This document shows positions 23,810-36,574 of a DNA stretch of 64,000 bases, piece by piece (position 1 is the first letter of the stretch; every line of letters begins with the position of its first letter). The position numbers and the translations under genes were made by a program. Where the stretch lies: the NCBI GenBank assembly GCA_973895155.1, contig OZ316894.1, positions 6,410,234-6,474,233 on the forward strand, given 5' to 3'. The notes beneath the pieces were generated by a model. It did not search any database. It saw nothing but the letters and a program-made list of their open reading frames with translations, and had not been told where the DNA came from. The stretch comes from Marsupella aquatica. Lineage: Eukaryota > Plantae > Marchantiophyta.

Positions 23810-25480
23810 CGCTGATCCATGTGCAGATCCAATTCCAACAAAACTACTGCCTCGATGTTCACCACTGCCCATAGATGGACTGATCTGCACTGGGAGGACT
23901 GGACTACTAGACACAAGTTTTGATATAACAGGGCTCGTCATTCCTTTTGCTTTCTGGAAACACATAATCACATTCAAAGCAATTGGAGAATATTAATGAG
24001 AACTCATCATGTCATTGTTTATTCCTATACTAGATAAACACTTCAATTCAAATGACAGTCTGGACCTGCAATGAGATGGACCATCTGAAGATTCTTACCA
24101 ATCTTTTTTCTGCTCCAGCAGCCCCTCCTCTTCCAAAATGCTCTTTGTTCACCACTTCTGCCCTCCTTGCTTTCATCACAGCATTCCTTGCAAGCAAAGC
24201 AGGACTATCAAAATGATCCACTAGTCGTGCCCATTTCAATGGGTCAACATATTGAGGTCCTGGTTTGGAGTGATCACGTTTACATGCATCCTTCCAATAA
24301 GTATTTAGTTTGTGACGTTCTCTTTTCAATAACGTCCGGCAGTGACTAATAAATTTCTTGTCAGACACTGACTACTTATCTGGATACTCCCAATCTGCCT
24401 TCATCAATTTCTGCACATCCTCAATTATGTTTGGATCTTGTTTGTTCCAATCAGGTTCTGATACATCAAAAAGCCTCAAGACATTGGCACGTAGCTCCTC
24501 CATCCAATATGGTTTATTAGGATGAGAATTATCAATATCATTGTCATGAATCTGAAAAAAACACCACAAATGATAGTCATCAACATTGGGAATGAAACAA
24601 ACACTCAATTGTTTATGAGTACACAAACTGTAGGCCACAAATGTGAAATGTGCAATGAAAATCTTACCTTTATCAAGTTTCCCTTCTTATTGTCAGCCCT
24701 TCTTGCACTACCAGTTCTCTGGAATTGTTTTTTGGCTTGCCTAGATTCCCTGCGTTGCTCTGTTGCAGTCTTTCTTCCCTCTACATACACAATGAGCATC
24801 CAATATTGATCATCCACAATTGCAAAATGAGGGACAAGAAATATTACAATATAATAGGAGGACACTTCATTGAATTTGACCTACCTGAACCCTGACTGAA
24901 TGTCACTACTGCAAAGTGTCCAGATTTCCCAATCGATGTTGATGGAACCACCACTATACACATGCAAACCACTGGAGTTATGAATCCAACATTCATATAC
25001 ATCAACATTGAAAAATACATTGAAAATTTTTGAAATTACTTACATTCAAATAGCTGGCCAGTCACAGGGTCTTTGTAACATTGCACCATGCCACTCATGG
25101 AAGGTCCGACCTTGGTAGGGGTTTCTTTTGCATCTGCCAAGCTCTTAGATGGAGGTTGCAGATGTTCCTGTCCAGATCAAGTTAAAACTAATGTTATTAA
25201 ACAGAATCCTTACCAATGTTTATAGTTTCCTCATAATGTTGGTGAAATGTAATAGGAATCTCACCTTGGATGAATTTTCTGGTTTCTCATCTTCACTGTA
25301 CTCAGCATCAGTGTCATAATCTGATTCAGAGCCCTCATCACCAGACTCTGCCATACTCACTGAGTCAATTCTTGATAGTCTGGAACTCTGTCTTCTCTGT
25401 GTGGTAACCTCACTTCTAGGAGTTCGACGTGCACTTGTTTCTTTCTTGCGCCCTACGGTCTGTGTTGCACCCAGTCTACA
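23810..25480 (-). CDS. TnpA-like gene of the inner CACTA, upstream exons (Ptta/En/Spm Transposase_24-like)
   Basis: Several short exons with GT-AG boundaries; KWARLVDHFDSP..RNAVMKARR..HFGRGG motif. Exact exon limits are approximate. Confidence 0.7.
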
Positions 25481-25736
25481 TTAGAGAATATCAATGAATG
25501 AATGACAAGTATCAAAAACCAATTCATATTGCTGATGAGCAATATTAACACATCTTTGCACATTCAAAAAAACATGCAAGATTATACTCACATGAAATTG
25601 AAATTTTCTCCAAATATCTCCCTGAATTTTCTATTGTTGTCTGCTACCTTCTTATTTCGTTCCTCTTCATATGGAGGTATTCGCTGCATTCACTGCTAGA
25701 CTATGGCATGCCATGTTAGTATGATTCCACTCCCAA

Positions 25737-28700
25737 CTAAATGAAACCGGACTGTAGAGTATCTTCAAACGATTCATTTCCTTTTATACTTTCTTTTCCT
25801 TTGTCTGTAGTACTTGGTCCAGGCTCCTGTCTAGTTATACAGGCTTCTGCCAACTCTATGTGAAACTTAGCATTATCATCCATAGTATCATGGAAATCAA
25901 CTTCCATGTAATCACCCAACACTCTTGTAGACCTGGATTCCTTGTGGAGGATTGTCCTCCATGCAATCCCCCCGGCAATCCCCTTACCATTTGGGTAAAA
26001 AAACACCTGTTCTATCTGTCGTGGCAATACATAGTCCATTTTCTTGGAAGCACCCAGCTCCTTCTGAAAATTTACTTGCCACAATCCAGACGCATCATAT
26101 CTCATACTTGCAGTGGCTTTGGGAGTCCAAGATGGGTTTGCCCACCTTCCTTTGAAAAGGACCACTTCCTTTATCAGAGGCCCATAGTTCAACACTAAGA
26201 TGTCTGTCAACACCCCCACATATTGTACAGATTCATCTATTGTTGCCCCTGACCTAATGACCCGCTTCTCAGTGAATGTACAAGCCATCCCAGAATCAAA
26301 AGTCTTGAACCCAGATGAGTCACAATCAATCAAGGAACCTAGTGATGGAATGGTCCTCCAATGGTGCCCATAGGCTCTGTAGGCCCTGTACCACAGTGCC
26401 TTCAGACTAGGTGATACACTATATGCTGCCAACACCATTCGTTCAAACTCATTCTCAAAATTATGCCTTCTAATTGTCACTTCAAACGATTCTCTAAAAG
26501 GAGGCAACTCATCCAGATCAGAGGGATAAGGCACAGGATTCCTCCGATTTCCTGGATTCTTCATCCATTCTTTCCGGAAATCTGCTCTGTGCTTGGTAAC
26601 TGCCTCCTTTTGATCATCATAAACCCTGCATGGCAAGAATGACAGTCAGCTCCTAGGCCCACACAATTTCTGCTCAAAACTCAATTATGTTTAATAATAA
26701 ACAACAGAGAACTTAACAATATAAACCATGCTCATACCTATACCATGGTTCCACCAGCTCTTCATTCTCCAGTATGTAATGATGCATAGCTATCATATCA
26801 TTCCACTCCAAGGTGATTTGTTTTCCACCTCCTTCCAAGACAATGCCTGCAACACTAGGATTCTCCTCCAAGTCCCATGTTCTCATTCCTGTCCCCTTAA
26901 CATCGATCATGTATTCAGAAAGGAATCCTAAAGATTCATCCAGAAGGTAGCCTTCGGCCATAGAAGCCTCTGGACGTGCCTTGTTTTGAACATAACCCTT
27001 CAAGGTCTTTAGATATCTTTCTATTGGGTACATCCATCTAATGTTCACTGGACCACAGATGTCTAGTTCCTGAACCAGATGAATCAACAGATGGGTCATG
27101 ACATCAAAGAAGCTTGGTGGGAAATGAATTTCCATAAGGCAGAGTGTGAATGCAACATCCATCATCACAGAGTCGTACTGTGAGGGATCCCAAACCTTGG
27201 CACAGATGGTACGCCACACATTGCTCACTCTGGCTATGGCCAACCGAACACCTTCATCAAGTAATCCCATTGTTGCCAATGGAAGGATTTGTTGCATGAG
27301 GTGATGGAAATCGTGAGATTTCAGCCCTGATAACTTCTTCTTAACTGTGACACATTTAGCCAAAGAACTGCTGAAACCAGTGGGCCCTTTAAAGGTCAAC
27401 AATACCTCTAAGAACTTAGTCTTCTCTGTCTTACTGAGGTAGTATGGGGCTGGCGGCATGATCTTTGAATCTTTTTTTGGATCTGGATTTGGAACCAGCC
27501 ACAGGTGTTCCTGCACATCCATGACTTTCATGTCTTCTCGAACAGAAGGAGTATCCTTTGTCTCCAAAATAGTGTGCACAATATTGTGTGCAAGATTCTT
27601 CTCATAGTGCATGGGATCCAAACAATGGTTGATGAGAAGTTTCTGCATTGGACGCATAGTTCAGTACAAACTAAGTTAGAATAAGAAATGTTACTCTTTG
27701 CTACTTAACATTAATACACACTGAGGGGTTCAGTATGGGAAACCAGATACTTACACTCCAGTACGGCAGCTTGTATAATCCAGTAACCCTCTTCACTCCA
27801 TTCTTCTTTACTGGAGAGCTTTCATCATCCAGCGCATTCCCTGGTTTCTTCTCCACATATTTAGCGGCCTTTTCTCCCCAACGTTTCCTATCAGAGCTGG
27901 ATACTCTACACAGTGCAGCTCGTGCCTCTACCTCACCATTAAAGTATTTTGCCACTTCCTCTATGCAAAAATAGTGTCTCTGTGGTAATCAGCGACGATG
28001 GCCAGCAAACAGTAACTTGCCCAACTGTTTTGAACCATGTGCCACATGCACAATTTGGCCCACAAACCACACATCCTTTGTACCCTGCATGTTGTTGGCC
28101 AGAGACTAATCCATATGCAGGATAATCATTGATTGTCCACAATACTGAAGCCCTTAGCTTGAACTCTTGCTGCAATCCTAGCCTTGGTAGAACATCAAAA
28201 CAATCCACTCCTTCTGACCATAATGTCTCAAGATCATCCACAAGTGGAGCCATGTATACATCAAATTGTTCCTCACTTACAGACACAGGACCTGGAATTA
28301 GAAGAGCCAGCATGACAAAGAACTTCTTTGTGGAAAGCCAAGGAGGGATATTATAATTCAATAGCAGGATTGGCCATGTAGACCAGGCAGTAGAATTATT
28401 CCCAAATGGATTTACCCCATCAAGTGCCAATCCCATTCGCACATTCCTTGGCTCAGCAGCAAAAGCAGGGTCGATCTCTGTGTCCACATGTTTCCATGCC
28501 TTTGAATCTGCTGGATGTCGGACCATGTTGTCCTTGCTCTTGTTCTCATGATGCCAAGTCATTAGCTTAGATGTACCCTTAGTGGCATACAGTCTCTTCA
28601 ATCGAGGGATTATAGGGAAATATCTCAAGACCTTCACGGGCTGTAAAGAATTCCCCACTAACTTCATCTTTGGCTGATTACACTTGGAACAATTGTCCAA

Positions 28701-29579
28701 CTCTGCAGTCTCATTTCTAAATAACATACATCCATTCTCACAGACTGGGATTCTCTCATAGTCTAAACCCAATTTTCTCAGTAATTGTTTTGCAGCATAT
28801 AGGCTTTTAGGGAGAGTGTGCTCTGTTGGCATTCCATGCTCAGTCAACAAAGACAGCATGGCATTCACTCCCGTGTTCGAGAACCTATTGTTGTGACAGA
28901 TGTTTAAAAACAACAACATGAAGGAAACTACATCTGTCTTACTGCCTGGAAATAAGGGTTTCATGGCTTCTTCTAAAGACCCTTGCAGAGGGACAGGATT
29001 TACAGGATGCCTTGCTGTAGGTGTGTCCTCAGCCCTGGTCTCAGCAAAGGGTGGATCTGCCTCATTCTCATCATTTTGAAACATTGAATCTATATCAAAA
29101 GGAGGATCATTATCCACATATTCGTCAGACTCTTCAGAAGCTCTTGCCAATGTCTCCTGAAGTAAAACTCTGACCTGCTCTTCAACATCTATTGATGGCT
29201 GGCTTGAGTGGAATGCCTCTCGAGACATTCCTGCCCTCAGTGCCTCTGGACCAGAGTTACGGATGTAATTGGATCTCCACTCCTCATCAAAAGAGTCTTC
29301 ACCCTCTCCTACCCACACTCGACAGGCAGGGTAGCGGCCATATTTAAGAAGATGTTGTCGACTGGTCTTTCGAGTAGTCTTAACAATCCCTTTGCATTCC
29401 ATGCAAGAGCAATACATTCTATGATCAGCACTACCAGAGCAAGCTGTCTGTTCCCGAGCCCATAAGTTATCATCACGACGCTGTATTCGACGTGGATGGG
29501 AAAGAGGTAAACTTCTCAGGTTGTCTGCCTCTGTTGTATATGCAGTGTTATGTGACCCAGCCTGGCTAGAAGAAGCCAT
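25737..29579 (-). pseudogene. Inner CACTA TnpD transposase (transposase-associated Cys domain, Transposase_21, DUF4218, DUF4216)
   Basis: YCSCMEC..HLLKYG, LRYFPIIPRL, HPADSKAW, GLALDGVNPF, WTINDYPAYG, LDPMHYEKN, GLKSHDFH, RWMYPIER, VLPRQIEQVFF. Frameshift near 28050; two short introns. Confidence 0.93.
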
Positions 29580-30499
29580 GATTGCAGCACTACCTAATCA
29601 AAAACACAGTTGCACATCTTTCTTCTTTGACATCTTGCAGAGCATATGAATTGTTCTAGACAACTCCAAAACCCTTCCATACCATCTTCTAGAGCGTCAT
29701 GTGAAGCAAATGTGTGCACAAGTGAAGAATGCGACATACATTTGAGGTATTGGACTCCAACTGAGGTAAAGGCAGCTCCCACTTTAGCCCCCATTGCCAA
29801 TAGAATAGTTCATGCATGCCAACAACAGGTAAACAGATGACATATTAGCAACTTCAGAAATTATTTACTTGGGTATGTTACCTAATCTCATTTCATATTG
29901 TAAGTTGCATTGGGTATTTGAAGGAGACCTGAATTGTACAAATCAAAATGACAAAAGTTTACAAAACCAAATAAAGGCCTACCTCAACCAGATTTAGGGC
30001 AAGGGTGTTCACAGTAGTCGGCAATCTCAGACCCTTCAAAACAGTGAGTACAATAACAAACATTAATCATAATGTCCAACAATCCCCTCCATCGTTCTTT
30101 GTCTTTTGAATTCATTTGTTGAATTCATTTGTTGAAATGATCCTCTTCATCAAGGCAGTTTGTTGTGGGCAGGTACTAGAATAGATTCCAGATCACAACA
30201 TTTCATCATCCCCACACAAATCAGGATACATATGGACAAGGGCCTGGAAGGGTTTCATGTAATGTACATATTTATTTAAACATATAGTGTTTTTGTGCAG
30301 TAGTAAGAATGAAATACACACTCAGTCTTCAAAATTATCAAAAATGAGAAAGTTTGAGAAAGTTCAGAGACCCAGGTTGAGAGCACTCTTAAGGTTGTGG
30401 GTTTAGAAAGGCAGTACTACAATACTTGAAAGACATTAAGTGAAGTTTGCCTTCTTATGGCCAGATCCCTGAAAAGGGACCACAAAATTTCTTCTCACA

Positions 30500-30745
30500 G
30501 TTTAGTCCATTTGAGTTTAGTCCATTAGACAGTGTAGTCCACTTCATACAATCAGACAATTTAGTCCATTTCATACAATCATCCTACGTACTTTAGTCCA
30601 ATTCAGCTCAGTCCATTGAATCCAACATGACACAGTACTCCATTTTCATCCAACCAAAAACTCAGGTGCTCCACTGTACCCCTTTAGTCAATTTTTTTAT
30701 GTCCAGTATACTTCCATAACTCCTTAGCCCATTTTAAGTTCAGTA
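30500..30745. repeat. Cluster of TAGTCCA-like motifs
   Basis: About 10 exact or near copies of (T)TAGTCCA(T) in ~250 bp between the PHD gene and the transposase. Confidence 0.7.
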
Positions 30746-30795
30746 TACTTTCTACTATGCAGTGTTTTCTACACAACTGAAGGCTTAATTATGAT

Positions 30796-31491
30796 CTATT
30801 TGAAATCATGTGGTGGCACCTCAGAACCCTCTGGAATGACATGGTGATTGCAGTACACCATACGCCATGGACCAATATCCCATGTTTCTCTACCCTTCAC
30901 CCCTCTCTTGAGGTGTTTGTTTGCCTCTGGTCCCTCATCCCTGCACCACGCACGAGGGCACCTACGACACTGGATAAATTCCCAGATGCCATCCCGATAC
31001 TCCTTGCAAACATCACAATAATGCCTTGGGCATATCAGAGCAGCGGGATGTGCATCTAAGTTCTCTGCATACCCCAAGAGAGGCAACTTCCTTGCCCTCA
31101 GTATGGTCCGCAGACAACCCACGTGATAGAAAGAAAAGCAATCATCTTGTGCACATTGAACCACAAGGGGCTCATCTGTAGTGGGCTTTAGGGTTCGGCC
31201 AAGTAGTCCACAAGCAAAGCAATGACCTCGGTTCTGCTGGCAAAGTTCACAGAGCCACTCCTTGGCCCAATGCCCTCTAGAAATGGCAATGCGTGTGCAC
31301 TCAGACCCCTGGCCATCAGGCTCCTCAAGATCCTGCCCATCAACTAAGTAATGGAAATGACGACTGCAAGGCCCATCGCAGAACAAAACAGTACCTCCCT
31401 CATCACATTCAAAACAACAAGGGGGATCCATGCGAAGGTGCTCTTTATGGGCAAACTTGGGATCCAACCAGGCAGCAGCAGCCCGTGCCAT
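30796..31491 (-). CDS. Intronless EDM2-like triple PHD zinc-finger protein carried by the CACTA element (~231 aa)
   Basis: CFECDEGG.VLFCDGPCSRHFH, WLCELC...GHCFACG, QCAQDDCFSFYHVGC, ICPRHYCDVC, CRRCPRAW and WD...RMVYCNHH follow the order and spacing of the EDM2 PHD region. Start assumed at MARAAAAW. Confidence 0.82.
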   Translation of the reverse strand: MARAAAAWLDPKFAHKEHLRMDPPCCFECDEGGTVLFCDGPCSRHFHYLVDGQDLEEPDGQGSECTRIAISRGHWAKEWLCELCQQNRGHCFACGLLGRTLKPTTDEPLVVQCAQDDCFSFYHVGCLRTILRARKLPLLGYAENLDAHPAALICPRHYCDVCKEYRDGIWEFIQCRRCPRAWCRDEGPEANKHLKRGVKGRETWDIGPWRMVYCNHHVIPEGSEVPPHDFK

Positions 31492-34400
31492 GCCGAAGAC
31501 AATAAAATCTGCACAATTGCCTTCAACATCACTCCAAAGTCCATTCAAAAAGCAAGAGACAAACACAAAGAAGGTAAGTGAAGTGTACTTACAGAGATGT
31601 TGAGCAGTCGTGCTAGCCCCAGTCGCACCTCCAATGAACCAGCACAGACCTGCGGTTACCACACTCATCAGTCTCCCCAATATTTATTCCCCAATTGCCC
31701 CAATATTTATTCTCAATCTGGCCAAACCAGCCTGCAGGCCTACACCAGCTATTAAGTTTGTTCTAACGTCCCGGCTGACAAAACAGCTTAGCCTCTGCTG
31801 CACTTTGACCAGAACAGAACATACATCTGAAAACATTCTGATCATCAGCTCCAAAACTTCCGCTATAACAAACAAACCACAGCCGTACGTAGCTCTCAAT
31901 CAATAAACATACAAACCCTGAGAGGCACTGTCAAATTACCCTATCAAATTACTTTAGGAGAAGTAAATATACTGTACAACTGAATTCTAGCTTTGACATG
32001 ATTGCATGGATTTAAATGGGAATCCTGTTCAGGAGATCATTAGTTCAAGTGTTCTAAGCAGCTCCAATTGTCAAGTACACACCTAAGGCCTTAGCATAAT
32101 TAATAATTATAGGCTTGCTGCAAAACTATAAGGCCAAACAGGAATACCTTCAGGGTGAAAGGTTTGAAGACAATCTGTAGAGAGCAGATTGCCTACAATC
32201 AAAATCAAGACGCCCATAAACCCCGCACAACCACCACACAACAATCGCACATTGCTGACAGGAAATCACATGAAAGAATGCAGTATAACCAGAAGGGAAG
32301 AAGTATAATGCTGCAACTAAGCACACCACAAAACATTTCCTCTCATGATAGAGCGGAAGTAAAAAGCCCGACTCTAGTTTGTGAAATGCAATTCACTCAC
32401 GTTTGTGAAATGTGACTAAACCCTGCATTGAACCAGACTTGTGGTATAACTACCAGCGCAGGCATTGTTTCCTTTTAGGTTTTCTGAAATTAATGGACTT
32501 TGAAGAGCAAAGCAGACCTCAGACATGATTTGCCGTTTGGTTCAGAAGAAAATTAATGAACTCCAGAGAGTACAGTACCGTCGTCTTAGCCATGTATTTA
32601 TTCAATACTTGTTGCAGCAGGTAGAATTCAGTAGAGACTGGGGATGGACAGGCCGCAGCTTTGGAGGGGCTAATTACATTAGATTGAAGATGATACAGGC
32701 TTTTAAGTGCAATTAAAGAACGGAAGCATGATACGACTGAACAAAATAGTGATGACAACCCAAAAAGAACAATACAAAGGGAGCAACATTTCCAATTCAT
32801 GACAATGTGAGCTGCAATCGATCATGAACAACAAATTAACTCTAGAAAATCATGTATGAGACAAGAGAGACAAGAAGGTACCCAGCACCAAGGTACCCAA
32901 ACACTGCAGCGGGAAGGGAAAAAGGGATGCAATGGAGGAAAGAGGAGAAGAAGGGCATTCAGAAGAGAAAACACGACCGGGAGCAGATTTGACAAGCAAG
33001 ATTTTGTCAAAGAACAGAATGCTGGAGTATAAAATCCACGATTACTCCATTTTTAGATATATTGTATTTTCAGAAGAATAAGGAAGCAAGGCCCAGTGGA
33101 TCCACACTCCACACTGTCTTTAAAGGTACTAGTGAGCAATATACAAACATCCAATCCCAAGCCAATAGATATAACATTTCTTGGCCAGCAGAGACAGGAA
33201 GCAAGTAGGAGCACAAAGCAAGCCGCGCAGGTTGACCAGAATGAAAGCTCCCTTCAAGCTGCAGGGACTCTGCTCTTGGTTGATCGATGCTGCTGCTACT
33301 CTCTAGTGCACTTTACTGAACTGAAAAAAACATTGACAGCATCGGGCAGTGTAAGTGAAAATGAAAGTATTAAGAAGCAACAGTAGTCTCAGGGATTGAG
33401 GTGGGATTTTAGGTAGCTTTGGCGCAGAAAAAAGTAAGGAGGGAATGCTAGGTATTTCCTAAGACCAGTAGCCGAATCAAGGTGAGCAGAGCAATAAGCA
33501 ATATAAACGGGGATGCAAAGCAAATGGCAAAGGCATGATAGGAGAAAAGGGCATGGCCAAGGCATGCCCACACGCAGCTCAAAGCCAAAACAAAAAATTC
33601 CTGAGCAAAGTCAAGAAGGACCAAAAATGATGTAGCTATACACACCAGGAACCGGAAACTCTGTTCAAGCTGGAACACTGCTGTTCATCGATCGCCGCTG
33701 CTGCTGCTATTGCTTTGCGCCCACCCGACAGTTCACCCAGGGCTGCGCTGCTCAACCCTATCGCTCGCATGCAGCAACTCGCAGCAACTCGCAGCAACTC
33801 GCAGCAAATCCCAACAGCTTCCAACAGCTTGCAGCTGGCTATTGCAGCTCCAAGCAGGTCAGGTCTGGGACAGTACGTAGATATAAACTCTATATTGCAA
33901 CAACTGAAATAAAACCTTCTCAATCCTTGCAAAATGTCAAGTGCAACTAAACCTTGTAGCTTAAACAGGTCAGGCCACCAATAGCAAGTAATAGCAGCCT
34001 CAAACAAAAATGAAGAACTCTGAAAACCAAAGCAAAATGTGAAGCTCACCTGGACTTTGAATCCCGTGGCACACCCCAGCTCAATCTTGCTACGTCGCAG
34101 CCTCCGCTCCCGCGCAGTCGACGTGCTTTTTTATGAGAAGAGCGTGAGCTCCACCGTTCACAGAACTTATTGCGGCATCAACAAAGCTCAACATGAACAG
34201 CACACAAAGCTCTCCTCCGTAGCTCTTCGATCTCACCTCCCACAGAGTTAGACTGAATAGTCTCCCCTTTGAACAAAGCAGTCACCCCTTCGAACAAAGC
34301 AGTCACCCTACGACTCGCCCTCCTGTTTGTCGTTGACAGTGATGGCAGAAATTTCCACACCCTTCCACTTCAATTCACAACTCCAGGATTGGCAGAATGC

Positions 34401-34547
34401 TAAGCCTCAAGCAAACAATCGAGAGAAATTGCAACCAAGCTATGGCAAATGGCTAATTCATCGAGAAGAATCGCAAGGCAATCCGCGCACATTCGTCTCT
34501 GCAAAGTCGTGGATCATTTTAGGTTTCCTAGACTGCAACACTTACGA

Positions 34548-34617
34548 TAGGGAGGGAATGGATGCGGGTAGGGAGGGAACGGACGCGGGTAGGGAGGGAA
34601 CGGACGTGGGTAGGGAG
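34548..34617. repeat. 21-bp tandem repeat near the CACTA right end
   Basis: TAGGGAGGGAACGGACGCGGG about three times. Confidence 0.8.
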
Positions 34618-35027
34618 GCAACGGGAAGAAAAGCACCCGACTACAGTCCGGATGCGACCCGACCACAGTCTACATGCAAGCGGACTCAGTCACTCTGGAA
34701 AGAGGACAAGGGCGAAGTTGGAAGGGAACGGCATGAAACCCCATACAATAGCAACCATTTTAAGCCCTCACCTCGACCATGGGAAACATGCATGGTGCAT
34801 CCCAGCTTGTCCAGATTTATCAGCCCCCTAAGTGGCCAATACCTTAAAAGTCATTTGGCTCATTGGTTTAAATGACACTATTGCAAGTATTAGTCATTTT
34901 TTGCACCCCGTCATTTTGGACAGTCATTTTAATGTCATTTATGTTATGTCATTTATATATTTTGTCATTTGAGCACATAAGTCATATGTGTCATAGTCAT
35001 AAAAGGCCCCATTTTCTACTAGTGGGT

Positions 35028-35455
35028 TGCAGACATCAGGATACCGAGCCTGCCCAACTTGTGGTCCTGATTTGGAGGGAGTGGCATGCCCTAAGTCTAC
35101 CACCCTACGGAAGATAGTTTACATTGGTCACACAAAGTATCTCCCCCCAGAGCATGAATGGAGGCGTGACCCATTCTTATATGACACGGGTGATGGCCAA
35201 CTAGACACACGTCCTCAACCAGTGCCAAGGGATCCACGCTATTGGAAGGAGGTATGGGATAGAGTGATAGACCCAGATGATCCCTTACCATTGGCCCGGT
35301 GTGGCATGACTCGTTTGTCTGCATTAATGTCAAAGCTGCCATATTGGGCTGAGATGCCAATTAACCATTTGTTTGACCCTATGCATATTGAGGGGAACGT
35401 TGGGAGGTCATTGATTCGCCATCTATACGGAGAGAAAGACAACAACTGGAGCGTG
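35028..35455 (+). pseudogene. Outer transposase, continuation after the CACTA insertion; C-terminus missing
   Basis: LQTSGYRACPTCG..YIGHTKYLPPEHEWR..LPYW..HLFDPMHIEGNV; no DUF4218 region follows. Confidence 0.9.
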
Positions 35456-35800
35456 TAGAGACCTTATCCGGCTTGGAGCGTGTAGCAAGAAGTGGGACTT
35501 TCTAGTTACGAATACCAAGTCATGGGCTAGCCTAAAACAAGCAAACCGGATGGTCGATAACGCAAATGACGCACTTTCCTACATACTCGGGACTAAGGAT
35601 TTGGAATTTGACTCAGTCTGTCGAGTTGTTCGACAGGATATTTCTTTGCTCCCATAAATACCCATTCTTGGGACTACTAGTTGCGGCGATGTGTTATTAT
35701 TTAGTGACAAATATGACTGTTTAGACGAAGAAGAGCGAGTTCTTCTAGTCGAAAGGTTTGGTACATTTACTCAGAGTCTTGGTGGTTCTAGTTCCTGATG
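35456..35800 (+). pseudogene. 5'-truncated F-box-like ORF
   Basis: DLIRLGACSKKWDFLVTNTKSWASL parallels DLIAIQTVSKKWHHIVTYSSTWATV in the next ORF. Confidence 0.5.
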
Positions 35801-35873
35801 GACAGGTTCCCTTTCTTAATCTTTTCCATATGATGTTGCAGTCCTTTGACATGAATCGAAATCTCATCGTCAA

Positions 35874-36363
35874 ATGATGATGGATCGAATTGCAAGTGCA
35901 AAGGTTATAAATCAAAACATGATATGGAGTGATGCAGAAGCACTGATACCTGGCCTCCCGAACGATATTGTCGAGAAATATATTTGGCCTTTAGTCAAAG
36001 TGTTTTTCCATTTCGCTTGGGAATTTGTCAGATAATGCGATTAAAAAACGGGCCATGGACTTGATCGCCATTCAAACAGTCAGTAAGAAGTGGCATCACA
36101 TAGTTACTTATAGTAGTACTTGGGCGACGGTCACCTTGGTAGCAAACGATTTCATCGATAGACCTAGATATGAATCGCTTGGAAGGCATTTGACTGCACG
36201 GAATGTAGCATTTAGATATAGAGAATCTATCAAAATTCTTCCACCTCTGGACATTCTTGGTGGTTTTGATGGGACCGAGCTTGACACGTTTAGAAACCAT
36301 TGGATTTGGTTAGATGATAAGGAGCGAAAGGATTGGGTCAAGAAATACGTTCCTAAAATGTAA
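35874..36363 (+). pseudogene. F-box-like protein (frameshifted)
   Basis: ALIPGLPNDIVEKYIWP in one frame, then ..VSKKWHHIV..W in the next; this is the plant F-box signature LIPGLP.D..VS+.W. Confidence 0.65.
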
Positions 36364-36574
36364 TTTGGGGCAACGCGACCATGCGCGTGCTTCAATTTTT
36401 CCGTCGCATAGTTATTGATAGATATGGATTTTGACGAGTTGACCTCAAGGAAAGAAACCATTCGGTTTGATTAGATGATCTTCAGTTCCTAAAATGTAAT
36501 TCAACGCGATGCGACCATGCGCGTATTGTCATTTTGAAATAAAGGTTTGACTTTCAATATTTGTATTTTTCAGA

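Larger units (their letters stand above)
2349..35024 (-). mobile_element. Complete CACTA (En/Spm) DNA transposon, ~13 kb once the nested retroelements are removed
   Basis: Left TIR CACTAGTGGAAAAT at 2349; the right end ATTTTCTACTAGTG ends at 35024 (13/14 inverted match, 23/29 extended). 3-bp TSD GGT at 2346-2348 and 35025-35027. Removing the element restores the frame ..SGLQTSGYRAC.. of the outer transposase. Internal genes are on the minus strand. Confidence 0.95.

Noticed and set aside
32100-34500. Short ORFs in the 5' region of the inner CACTA
   Set aside because: No recognisable domains; more likely leader exons/introns or unidentifiable captured fragments.
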